From positions 2,135 to 41,364 of the forward strand of contig DJMH01000101.1 of NCBI GenBank assembly GCA_002435305.1: a stretch of DNA of 39,230 nt, read 5' to 3'. The stretch comes from Dehalococcoidia bacterium UBA6495. Its GTDB lineage: Bacteria; Chloroflexota; Dehalococcoidia; Lucifugimonadales; UBA826. The position numbers and the translations under genes are program-made. The notes under the pieces are model-generated. The model was not told the origin of the DNA. It saw nothing but the letters and a program-made list of their open reading frames with translations, and did not search any database. How positions within the stretch are numbered: position 1 is the first letter of the stretch; each line of letters starts with the position of its first letter. Of this stretch, positions 1 through 8,500 are shown piece by piece.

Positions 1-1
1 T

Positions 2-199
2 TCCATGAACAGCATTGATAGTCGGCTTGCCGTATTCTGCGTTTAGTGATTCAAGTTCGGCAGACGGTGTCCTTAGCAAGTACGTAGCTACAGCAAATAC
101 CCCAAGTATAATGAGGCCTGAGGACACTAAAATGAGGCCGAGGAACTTCATCATTGAGGAGCGGCTATTTCCAGGTAAATGAGACTCATAGGTAGACAT
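2..199 (-). CDS. N-terminal fragment of a membrane-anchored protein (runs off the window edge)
   Basis: Manual translation from ATG at 199: MSTYESHLPGNSRSSMMKFLGLILVSSGLIILGVFAVATYLLRTPSAELESLNAEYGKPTINAVHG..., open to the window edge, with one hydrophobic helix. Not in the ORF track. Confidence 0.6.
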   Translation of the reverse strand, partial: MSTYESHLPGNSRSSMMKFLGLILVSSGLIILGVFAVATYLLRTPSAELESLNAEYGKPTINAVHG

Positions 200-237
200 T
201 AGCAGTATCCTGTATCCCTACATGGTACAGCAGTAGT

Positions 238-271
238 AAAAAGGAAAGCCCTCCACATGGAGGGCTTTCCT
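238..271 (-). terminator. Rho-independent terminator of the small Zn-ribbon gene
   Basis: Perfect inverted repeat AGGAAAGCCCTCCA (242-255) / TGGAGGGCTTTCCT (258-271), followed on the minus strand by a T run; about 25 nt past the stop at 295. Confidence 0.9.
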
Positions 272-294
272 GCCAATTTTCATATGTTTCTCTA

Positions 295-507
295 TTACCT
301 CATTCTTGGGGAATGAGAAGCTCCGCTGGCAATTGGCTCGTTTAAATAAACGTCTCCATTACGGATCTTAATATTGAATCCGCAATCAGGATCGCTGCAG
401 ACCCAAGCCTTGTAATGGATAGGGGCCCCTTGGCTCCCAAAATCCGACAAGGGTAGCAAACTCCCTTTCCCGCAATCTCTGCATTCAGGGTATGAATTTT
501 CTGACAT
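295..507 (-). CDS. Small Zn-ribbon-like hypothetical protein (70 aa)
   Basis: Start reassigned to ATG 507 (MSENSYPEC...) because GAGGAG lies just upstream. CxxC (CRDC) and CxxxxC (CSDPDC) motifs; has its own promoter and terminator. Confidence 0.8.
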   Translation of the reverse strand: MSENSYPECRDCGKGSLLPLSDFGSQGAPIHYKAWVCSDPDCGFNIKIRNGDVYLNEPIASGASHSPRMR

Positions 508-552
508 TTTTTCTCCTCGTTTCCACCGCCCTTGGTGTTTAAAATTGAGAAA

Positions 553-582
553 ATTATAACAGGATTGTGACAAATTTAACAA
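553..582 (-). promoter_or_regulatory. Sigma70-type promoter (extended -10) overlapped by a Rex/CRP-like palindrome
   Basis: Minus strand TTGTTA-N18-TATAAT with TG at the extended -10 position (TGTTATAAT). Plus strand 565-582 reads TTGTGACAAATTTAACAA. Confidence 0.6.
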
Positions 583-622
583 CCAAAATACGATCGTTGG
601 CTATGGTTTTGGTGGGTCACTT

Positions 623-1468
623 TTAAATAGAAACAGAAATCAATTTTTTTATATTGGTATGCTTTATGTCCAATTTTTGTGATTCGGGTAGAGAGGAATT
701 TTCCAATTGGATAAGCACCCTATCTTGATTAATCACTGGGTAATCACTTCCAAACAGCATTTTTTTTGTACCGACCAGTCGAGCCATAATTGAGAAAACA
801 TTGGGGTTATACAAAAACGGGGATGCTGCTGAGTCATAGTACACGTTCTTGAAAGCTAATTTTATTTCAGGCATCAGTTCGTAAAAAGGAAGGCCTCCTC
901 CCCAATGACCTAAAATTATTTTGTTTTCAGGAAAATCAAGCACAAAATCTACAATTGTTTTTAGCCCAACATTTCCCTTCCCTGGATAATTATGTCCCAC
1001 AGGTTCTGAACAATGAATCGTTATGGGAAGGTTTTTAGATTTCAAAATGGACATATAGTTTTCCATAATAGGCTTATCGCTCAAATCAAACTTTTGGAAG
1101 GATGGGTGTATCTCTCCAAATCCATATGACCCAAGATTTGCACATCTTTCAGCTTCCTTGATTCCGGCTTCACCTGAAGCAGGATTTATTCCGGTGAACG
1201 GGTACAGTCGGAATGGGTTTTGTGAGGCACTTTCTAAAATATAATCATTCACATAAGAATTTAGACCAGTATCTTGCCATCCCATTCCTAACACTACTGC
1301 ACTGGATATCCCCGATTTATCTAGTTCATCAATCAGTGCCTCAACTGGAACCATAACGGAACTGTTGGATGAAAATAATGTTTCAAAGGTGGCATCTTTT
1401 TTTAGATACTGATCCTTTTTTCTTATAATGTCTGGGGGGAGAATATGAGTATGGCAATCTATTGTCAT
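623..1468 (-). CDS. Amidohydrolase family protein (Amidohydro_2-type TIM-barrel metallohydrolase)
   Basis: N-terminal IDCHTH metal motif, GFGEIH, ILGHWGGG, YYDSAA and LFGSDYP. Confidence 0.85.
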   Translation of the reverse strand: MTIDCHTHILPPDIIRKKDQYLKKDATFETLFSSNSSVMVPVEALIDELDKSGISSAVVLGMGWQDTGLNSYVNDYILESASQNPFRLYPFTGINPASGEAGIKEAERCANLGSYGFGEIHPSFQKFDLSDKPIMENYMSILKSKNLPITIHCSEPVGHNYPGKGNVGLKTIVDFVLDFPENKIILGHWGGGLPFYELMPEIKLAFKNVYYDSAASPFLYNPNVFSIMARLVGTKKMLFGSDYPVINQDRVLIQLENSSLPESQKLDIKHTNIKKLISVSI

Positions 1469-1619
1469 TATTTGTCCCCCCCGTTAAATAAAGGGCCCAC
1501 ACTAGTTGATAGCAACGGCTTATTAGTAAGGATACAATGTGGTCAAGAATAGCAACATTCCTGACTTTGGAAAGGAATTTGTTTTTACTCCCAAAAGATT
1601 TTGGCAAGGGGAATTTTAA

Positions 1620-2660
1620 ATGAAAGCTGTTTATTTTACAGAACACGGGGGCCCTGAGGTATTTAAATTCGGAGAATTGCCGGAACCAACCCCAGGGGAA
1701 GGGGAGGTAAAAATTAAAGTGAAGGCCTGTGCCCTCAACAGACTCGATGTTTACACCAGAGCCGGTGTACGTGGCACCAAAATGGATCTTACTGAACCTC
1801 ATGTTTTGGGTGCAGATGTGTCTGGGGAAGTTGTCGAGATTGGGCCCAAAGTAACCAGAATATCTGCCGGAGACAGAGTCGTTGTGAATCCCAGAATCAC
1901 TTGTATGCAGTGCCGATATTGTCAGTCAAACCAAAGCGAATATTGCGCTTCAGCAGGGATGGTTGGATCGACCATCAGTGGAGGTTATGCAGAATATGTT
2001 GTAGTACCAGCCACCAATGCTTTTTCTATTCCAGATAACCTAAGCCACGTACAGGCGGCTTCCTTACCAACTGTATTTTTGCCGAGTTGGAATATACTAA
2101 TCAGAAGATCTCAGCTTAAACCCTGGGAAACAGCACTGGTTCCCTCGGCTTCTAGTGGTGTTGGCACCGCGGCAATTCAGGTTGCAAAAAACATAGCGAA
2201 ATCTACCGTTATAGCGACTACTAGTACGGTTGAAAAAGCTGAGAAAGCTTCTGCTCTCGGAGCTGACCATGTCATCAACTATAAGTCTGAAGATGTTTCT
2301 GAGCGTTTGAAGGATATAACCCAAGGACGGGGTGTTGATGTTGTAATCGACCATGTCGGAACAGATATTTGGAATGCCGCTAACAGGCGCCTTGCTAAAG
2401 GCGCGAGATACGGGATCTGCGGGGTTACATCAGGGTACAAGGCTGAACTACAGATGGGTGCCATGTTCACGGGTCATTTGACCATGTTTGGAGTGTTTAT
2501 GGGCCGGAGTGAGGATTTGGAACAAATCATCTACCATGCTGGCCAAGGAACAATAAAAGGTGTAGTTGATTCAGAATATCCCTTACAAGATGTTAGGAAG
2601 GCCCACGAAGACATGGAGGGCCTAGATTTTTTCGGGAAACTAGTAATTACAGTAGATTGA
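1620..2660 (+). CDS. Zinc-binding medium-chain dehydrogenase/reductase (quinone oxidoreductase-like)
   Basis: MKAVYFTEHGGPEV start, ALNRLD, structural Zn site CMQCRYC-x7-C, SASSGVG nucleotide-binding loop, C-terminal FFGKLVI. The catalytic-Zn GHE is replaced by GAD. Confidence 0.85.
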   Translation: MKAVYFTEHGGPEVFKFGELPEPTPGEGEVKIKVKACALNRLDVYTRAGVRGTKMDLTEPHVLGADVSGEVVEIGPKVTRISAGDRVVVNPRITCMQCRYCQSNQSEYCASAGMVGSTISGGYAEYVVVPATNAFSIPDNLSHVQAASLPTVFLPSWNILIRRSQLKPWETALVPSASSGVGTAAIQVAKNIAKSTVIATTSTVEKAEKASALGADHVINYKSEDVSERLKDITQGRGVDVVIDHVGTDIWNAANRRLAKGARYGICGVTSGYKAELQMGAMFTGHLTMFGVFMGRSEDLEQIIYHAGQGTIKGVVDSEYPLQDVRKAHEDMEGLDFFGKLVITVD

Positions 2661-2719
2661 TTTAACATACGGCCCTGTCAAGGCTGAGATCGCCAGTTCG
2701 GATTTAGCCGGGGTCGCCA
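2661..2719 (+). pseudogene. Degenerate 3' fragment of tRNA-Asp(GTC), probable att-site remnant
   Basis: Anticodon arm CGGCC-CTGTCAA-GGCTG (GTC at 2677-2679), variable loop AGATC, damaged T arm GCCAG-TTCGGAT-TTAGC, 3' acceptor strand CGGGGTC-G-CCA. No complementary 5' acceptor strand upstream, where the sequence is the end of the MDR gene. Confidence 0.8.
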
Positions 2720-2747
2720 TATTAACCTCTTGGTTCCACTATAAATT

Positions 2748-2769
2748 ATGGTCACAAAATGGTCACAAA
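2748..2769. repeat. Tandem 11-bp direct repeat ATGGTCACAAA x2 (possible integrase arm-type sites)
   Basis: Perfect repeat 28 nt downstream of the tRNA fragment's CCA. The functional call is inference. Confidence 0.65.
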
Positions 2770-2970
2770 CTCTTGTGGATGTATGAATATGGGCTAAGAC
2801 TATTAATGGAGGATAGCCCCCGTGCTGAGTACAAATTAAGACAATCTAATCTTTAAAATGACCTTCTAAAACACCCTTAGTACAATTTCATGTCCGGCTG
2901 TCAGAATCGGTCAAGCCCATATGGTCGAACAATATGGGGGTTAACAGAAATGGCAGCCGACTCGAGAATT

Positions 2971-3993
2971 TTAACCTCTAGTTGCCAGAGGTCGAACGCC
3001 GATGCTGGATCTAACCTCAGGATTCACCAAAGACATCGGCCATGACCCATTTAATAACCTTGCTGCCTCCTGACCGACTTGTATTTGAGCAGCTATACCA
3101 GCCCTATTGGAAGTGCCTGCTGAGTGAGGGGTCACCATGACATTCTCCATTTGAAATAATGGATTATCAGTTGGGGTCGGCTCGATATCAAAAACATCTA
3201 ATCCTGCCCCAGCAAATTCCTTGGTTTTCAAGGCGTTGATTAGGGCATCCTCGTCTACTGTGCTGCCCCGGCAAGTATTTATGAAATAGGCGGTTGGCTT
3301 CATAGCCTTGAAAAAATCTGCTCCCACTAGATGCCTCGTTTGGTTGTTCAGAGGAGTGTGCATAGAGACAAAATCAGATCTGGATGCAAGGTCGTTTAGG
3401 GACCCAACTAACTCAACACGATATTCTTTTGCTATCCAAGGTTGTACATATGGGTCATATGCAATTACATGCATACCCAAAGCTTGCGCCTTTCTAGCCA
3501 CCGCCCTTCCTATATTCCCTAAAGAAACTAAGCCAAGTGTTTGATCGGTTATAGGAACCATATTTGATGTCACAGAGCTCGTTTCTAAACCCCATTTACC
3601 ATTTTTGGTTAAGTCGTTAAGCATTGTTAATTTTTTAGCACAAGACAAAATAAACATTATTGCATGATTTGAAACCTCTTCAGTACAAAATCCGGCGGTG
3701 TTAATCACCATTACAGAGTTGTCGGTCGCGGATTCATGATCAATATGGTTGAAACCGTGTCCGAAGCTAACAATCCCCTGAGCTGAATCGATTTCGTCCA
3801 TTACGGTGCTTGGCATGGGTACACCTTGGTTGATTATTACGTCCACTCCTTTTACAGCTTCTATAGTTTCACCTTCGCTTTGGCACACATATACGTCGAA
3901 GTCACAATCAATTCCCTCTAGCTGTTGTTGGACCAGACCGGGTTCAGGGTTACCCCTGGATATCATAGCCACTTTAAGTTTAGACATAGCCAT
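2971..3993 (-). CDS. D-isomer-specific 2-hydroxyacid dehydrogenase (SerA/CtBP-like family)
   Basis: LGNIG Rossmann loop, AYDPY, INTCRG, GAGLDVFDIEP and TPHSAG catalytic motifs. Confidence 0.85.
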   Translation of the reverse strand: MAMSKLKVAMISRGNPEPGLVQQQLEGIDCDFDVYVCQSEGETIEAVKGVDVIINQGVPMPSTVMDEIDSAQGIVSFGHGFNHIDHESATDNSVMVINTAGFCTEEVSNHAIMFILSCAKKLTMLNDLTKNGKWGLETSSVTSNMVPITDQTLGLVSLGNIGRAVARKAQALGMHVIAYDPYVQPWIAKEYRVELVGSLNDLASRSDFVSMHTPLNNQTRHLVGADFFKAMKPTAYFINTCRGSTVDEDALINALKTKEFAGAGLDVFDIEPTPTDNPLFQMENVMVTPHSAGTSNRAGIAAQIQVGQEAARLLNGSWPMSLVNPEVRSSIGVRPLATRG

Positions 3994-4097
3994 CCCCCAA
4001 TTAAATTATTGTTTTTCCTATGGCCTGATTATAGCCGCAAAATTCTCGTGTTGTATAAAGTAAGTAATATAGCTAGCTTAACGGTAGACACCGTAGT

Positions 4098-5561
4098 CTA
4101 ACCGATGTACGAACTGGCAGACTTAGGAAGACTAGTTTCACCCATTAAATATTCGTCTATCCCACGTGCCGCTTCCCTGCCTTCAGCTAGCGCCCACACC
4201 ACCAGAGATTGACCCCTAGACATGTCTCCTGCGGCGAAAACGCCCGGTGTATTGGTCATTTTGTTGGAATCGGTTTTCACATTTCCACGTGGATCCAGAT
4301 CTAATCCTAATTCTTTAACTGTACCCTCATGTTGAGGGTGCAGAAAACCTAAAGCTAGGAATACATAATCTGTTTCTATTTCAAATTCGCTACCTCCAAC
4401 TTCGATCATTTGAGGTCGGCCGTTTTCGTCGGGTTCTCCCCATTCCAATCTGACGCCGTGGAGTTTTTTTAAAACTCCGTTTTCCCCCGTGAATTTCTTG
4501 GTGAGTATGTTGTAGTCCCTTAGGCCTCCCTCTTCGTGAGAAGATGAGGTCCGAATAATCATAGGCCAGTTAGGCCATCTGTCGTTTTCTCCTCGTTCTT
4601 CGGGAGGTTCTGGAAGGAGTTCGAGCTGATGCACTTGGCTGGCTCCTTGCCTGTGAGACGTTCCAAGGCAGTCTGATCCAGTATCTCCACCACCCAAGAT
4701 CACGACTTTTTTTTCTGTTGTCATAATTCGCTCTTTTTCTGCAACCGGCAAACCTGCGTTAACATTGTTCTGCTGAGTGAGGAATTCCATAGCAAAATGA
4801 ACCCCTTTTAATTCTCTTCCAGGTATCTCCAGATTCCTTGGTATGGTTGATCCTCCGGTCAAGAGAAGGACATCAAAATCATCAGCTAGTATGGACGCTG
4901 GCACATCTATTCCAATTTCAATGTTGGTAATAAATACCACACCTTCCTTTTCCATTTGATCAATTCTGCGGTCAATGACGTATTTTTCGAGTTTAAAATC
5001 CGGAATACCCAATGCCAGTAGCCCGCCGACTCTGTGTGATCTTTCATAGACAGTTACATGATGTCCTGTCCGGTTGAGCTGCTGAGCTGCTGCTAGACCG
5101 GCCGGCCCAGATCCTACTATGGCGACTTTTTTTCCTGATCGAACCTTGGGTGGCTCGGGTTTGATCCAGTCTTCTTGCCAGCCTTTATCGGATATCGCTT
5201 TTTCAATATACTCTATCGTGACTGGGTCTTGGTTTATATTTAGCACACATGAAGCTTCGCAGGGGGCAGGACATATTCTTCCAGTGAATTCTGGGAAGTT
5301 ATTCGTAGAATGAAGTTCTTTCAGGGCTCCTTCCCACTGGTTTTTATAAACCAGATCATTAAAATCCGGGATCAAATTTCCTAAAGGACACCCACTCATG
5401 CAGAAGGGAACTGCACAATTCATGCATCGGCTGCCTTGCTCCTGAGCTTCCTTGTCATTCCATTCCGTATAGAATTCATGGAAGTTTTGTAACCTATCTC
5501 CCACAGGTTGTCTCTTGGGGGTTGATCTTCCAAATTCCTTAAATCCTGTCGGCTTACCCAT
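4098..5561 (-). CDS. gltD: Glutamate synthase small (beta) subunit
   Basis: MGKPTGF start (ATG 5561, overlapping the gltB stop), RCMNCAVPFC-x3-CP, GRICPAPCE, GSGPAG, GGGDTGSDC, GQSLVVWA. Confidence 0.96.
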   Translation of the reverse strand: MGKPTGFKEFGRSTPKRQPVGDRLQNFHEFYTEWNDKEAQEQGSRCMNCAVPFCMSGCPLGNLIPDFNDLVYKNQWEGALKELHSTNNFPEFTGRICPAPCEASCVLNINQDPVTIEYIEKAISDKGWQEDWIKPEPPKVRSGKKVAIVGSGPAGLAAAQQLNRTGHHVTVYERSHRVGGLLALGIPDFKLEKYVIDRRIDQMEKEGVVFITNIEIGIDVPASILADDFDVLLLTGGSTIPRNLEIPGRELKGVHFAMEFLTQQNNVNAGLPVAEKERIMTTEKKVVILGGGDTGSDCLGTSHRQGASQVHQLELLPEPPEERGENDRWPNWPMIIRTSSSHEEGGLRDYNILTKKFTGENGVLKKLHGVRLEWGEPDENGRPQMIEVGGSEFEIETDYVFLALGFLHPQHEGTVKELGLDLDPRGNVKTDSNKMTNTPGVFAAGDMSRGQSLVVWALAEGREAARGIDEYLMGETSLPKSASSYIG

Positions 5562-8500
5562 TGGCACTCACTGTCTTCTTTTCCTGCTGGGCCTCTCTTT
5601 CAACCAAAACCCGCTTATAGTCCTCTGGCATGACTTTCACAAATTTACTAATCATTGAGTTCCAATCGGACAGAATTCTTTCAGCATTTTTGCTTCCGGT
5701 ATGGTTTTTATGCAATTCAATTAACCTTCTTAGATGTTTCAGATCTTTTTCTTCCGAGACTTCCTCTAAACTAACGAGGCCTTTATTGCATAGGGATTCA
5801 AAATTGCCTTCTTCGTCGAATACATAGGCTTCTCCACCACTCATCCCGGCTGCAAAATTACGTCCTGTTGGCCCGAGAACGACAACTGTGCCTCTTGTCA
5901 TATACTCGCAGCCGTGATCTCCAACTCCTTCAACAACAGCCTCAGCACCACTGTTCCTTACCGCAAATCGTTCACCTGCAATGCCCCTAATGAAGACTTG
6001 TCCACCTGTCGCGCCATACAAGGCCACATTGCCAATAATTATGTTCTCCTCAGGGGTGAAAGTGGATTTTTCATGCGGGCGTATCATTACCTTTCCACCA
6101 GACAAACCCTTACAAAAATAGTCGTTAGAATCACCCTTCAGATCAATTGAAACGCCTTTACTTAGGAAGGCTGCAAAGCTTTGTCCTCCAGAGCCACTGA
6201 AATCTAATGAAATAGTGTCTTCCGGCAATCCATCCTCCCCGTATTTTTTGGCAATCATGTGACTCAATGTGGTCCCTACGGTTCTGTATGAATTGTCGAT
6301 ATCCTTTGTAATGGTTATTGGTTTTCCTGTGTCTATTGAAACGGTTGCGTCCTTTATCAGCTCATTGTCCAAAGCTTTTTCTAATGAGTGGTCTTGATCA
6401 ATTATTTTATGTCTTGCCACCCCTTCTGGAACATCCGGCATATGCAGTAACTGACTAAAATCTACTCCCTCTGTTTTCCAATGTTCGATTAGGTTTCTTT
6501 TATCTAGCAGATCTGTTCTCCCCACCATGTCATCCATTTTTTTGATTCCTAGATCGGCCATTATTTTTCTCAATTGTTCAGCTATGAAGAAAAAGTAATT
6601 TATTACATGTTCCGGCTTTCCTGCGAATTTCTCCCGCAATTCAGGGTCTTGTGTCGCTATACCTACTGAACACGTGTTTAAATGGCATTTTCTTAGCATA
6701 ATGCAGCCCAATGCGATCAATGGACCGGTGGCAAGTCCAAATTCTTCTGCTCCTAATAAACAGGCAATTGCGACATCTCTGCCAGTCTTAATTTGTCCAT
6801 CAGCTTGCACCACGATGCGCCCTCTAAGGTCATTCATTACCAAAACTTGTTGTGTTTCAGCCACACCTAATTCCCATGGTAGACCTGCATGTTTGATAGA
6901 AGATTCTGGGGATGCTCCTGTTCCTCCTGTGTCACCGCTTATTAGTACTACGTCACCGTGCCCTTTAGAAACCCCTGCTGCTATTGTGCCGACGCCAGCT
7001 TCTGCAACTAGTTTGACATGAATTCTTGCTTCAGGATTAGCATTCTTAAGGTCGTGTATTAACTGGGCTAAATCTTCAATCGAGTATATGTCGTGGTGTG
7101 GTGGAGGCGATATAAGTTCCACACCTGGAGTTGAATTTCTCACTCCGCCGATATATTCGTCAACTTTGTGGCCAGGAAGTTGTCCACCTTCCCCAGGTTT
7201 AGAGCCTTGAGCCATTTTGATTTGTATATCTTTTGCGCTGGTCAGGTAGTTGATCGTAACGCCAAATCTTCCTGATGCCACTTGTTTGATTGCGCTGTTT
7301 CTGGAATCCCCGTTAGGGTCTGAGGTGTATCTAGAGTGATCCTCACCACCTTCCCCTGTATTGCTTCTTGCCTGTATCCGGTTCATTGCTATTGCCATGG
7401 TTTCATGTGCTTCTCTGCTAATTGAGCCAAGAGATATAGCTCCTGTCGCGAATCTCCTCACAATTTTCTCAGCAGGCTCGACTTCATTAATCGATATCGG
7501 ATTATTGGGCTTCTTAAAATCAAGGAGTCCCCTTATTGTGCTTAATAGTCTAGTTTCTTGATCGACGAAATCGGCAAATTGTTCATAGCTGTCCCAACTG
7601 TTTTCTCTTACTGCATGTTGAAGAGATGCAATTGTGTTTGGGTTCCACATATGATATTCGCCATCCCTCCTCCACTGATATTGGCCACCTTGGGAAACTT
7701 CCAGATTAGCCGAATTTCTTTTAGTTCCAAAACCGAAACTATGCCGACTTATATACTCCTTCCCTATTTCTTCAATTCCGATGCCGCCTATTCTGGATGG
7801 AGTCCAAGTGAAATATTCGTCAATGATAGATTGATTCAAGCCTACAGCCTCAAAAATTTGAGCTCCCCTGTAGCTTTGGATGGTTGAGATACCCATTTTT
7901 GACATTATCTTCAGAATGCCTTTGTGAGATGCTGACAGGTAGTTGTGAATTGCTTTGTCTGCAGCTATGTTAGTTTCGAACTCTTTCAGAGAGATTTGAT
8001 TTCGAATAGTCGCAAAAGCTAGATATGGATTTATTGCCGCAGCGCCGTACCCTATTAGGGCAGCAAAATGGGCTACTTCCCGCGCTTCACCTGTTTCCAC
8101 AACTATTCCGGCTTTAGATCTTTCTCCTTTCCTAATTAAATGATGGTGAACAGCCGAGGTTGCTAAAAGACTTGGCAATGGAGCATGGGTTTCATCTACC
8201 CCCCTGTCCGACAGTATCAGTATCGAGTGCCCTTCCTTTATAGCCTCTGATGCTTCCTTATTTATTCTGCTGAGTGAATCTTTGAAACCACTTGTGCCAC
8301 TAGGGTCAAACAATGTAGATATGGTTTTTGCTGTCAGGTTTTTTTGGGATGAGCTTTTGATACGCGCGAGATCCAAATCTGTAATTATCGGGTGTCTTAA
8401 AGTGATCTGACGGCAATGCTCTGGAGTCTCGGAAAATAGGTTTTTTTCTTCACCTATAGTCCCTCTTAAAGAAGTCACCAACTCTTCTCTAATCGCATCC

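Noticed and set aside
508-582. N-terminal extension of the Zn-ribbon ORF; likewise tmk 25633-25698 and TlpA 39011-39049
   Set aside because: The extensions run through promoter sequence, overlap the upstream gene or precede the signal peptide; the downstream ATGs fit better.
1383-1802. 139-aa minus-strand ORF and the many other 60-240 aa ORFs antisense to or nested in long genes (e.g. 19793-20512, 28450-28908, 17408-17794)
   Set aside because: They overlap well-supported genes and show no recognisable motifs; shadow ORFs.
2640-2719. Functional tRNA-Asp, or tRNA-Sec
   Set aside because: No 5' acceptor strand, a mismatched T stem and a short variable loop; the anticodon loop reads CT-GTC-AA, so it is Asp-derived and not Sec.
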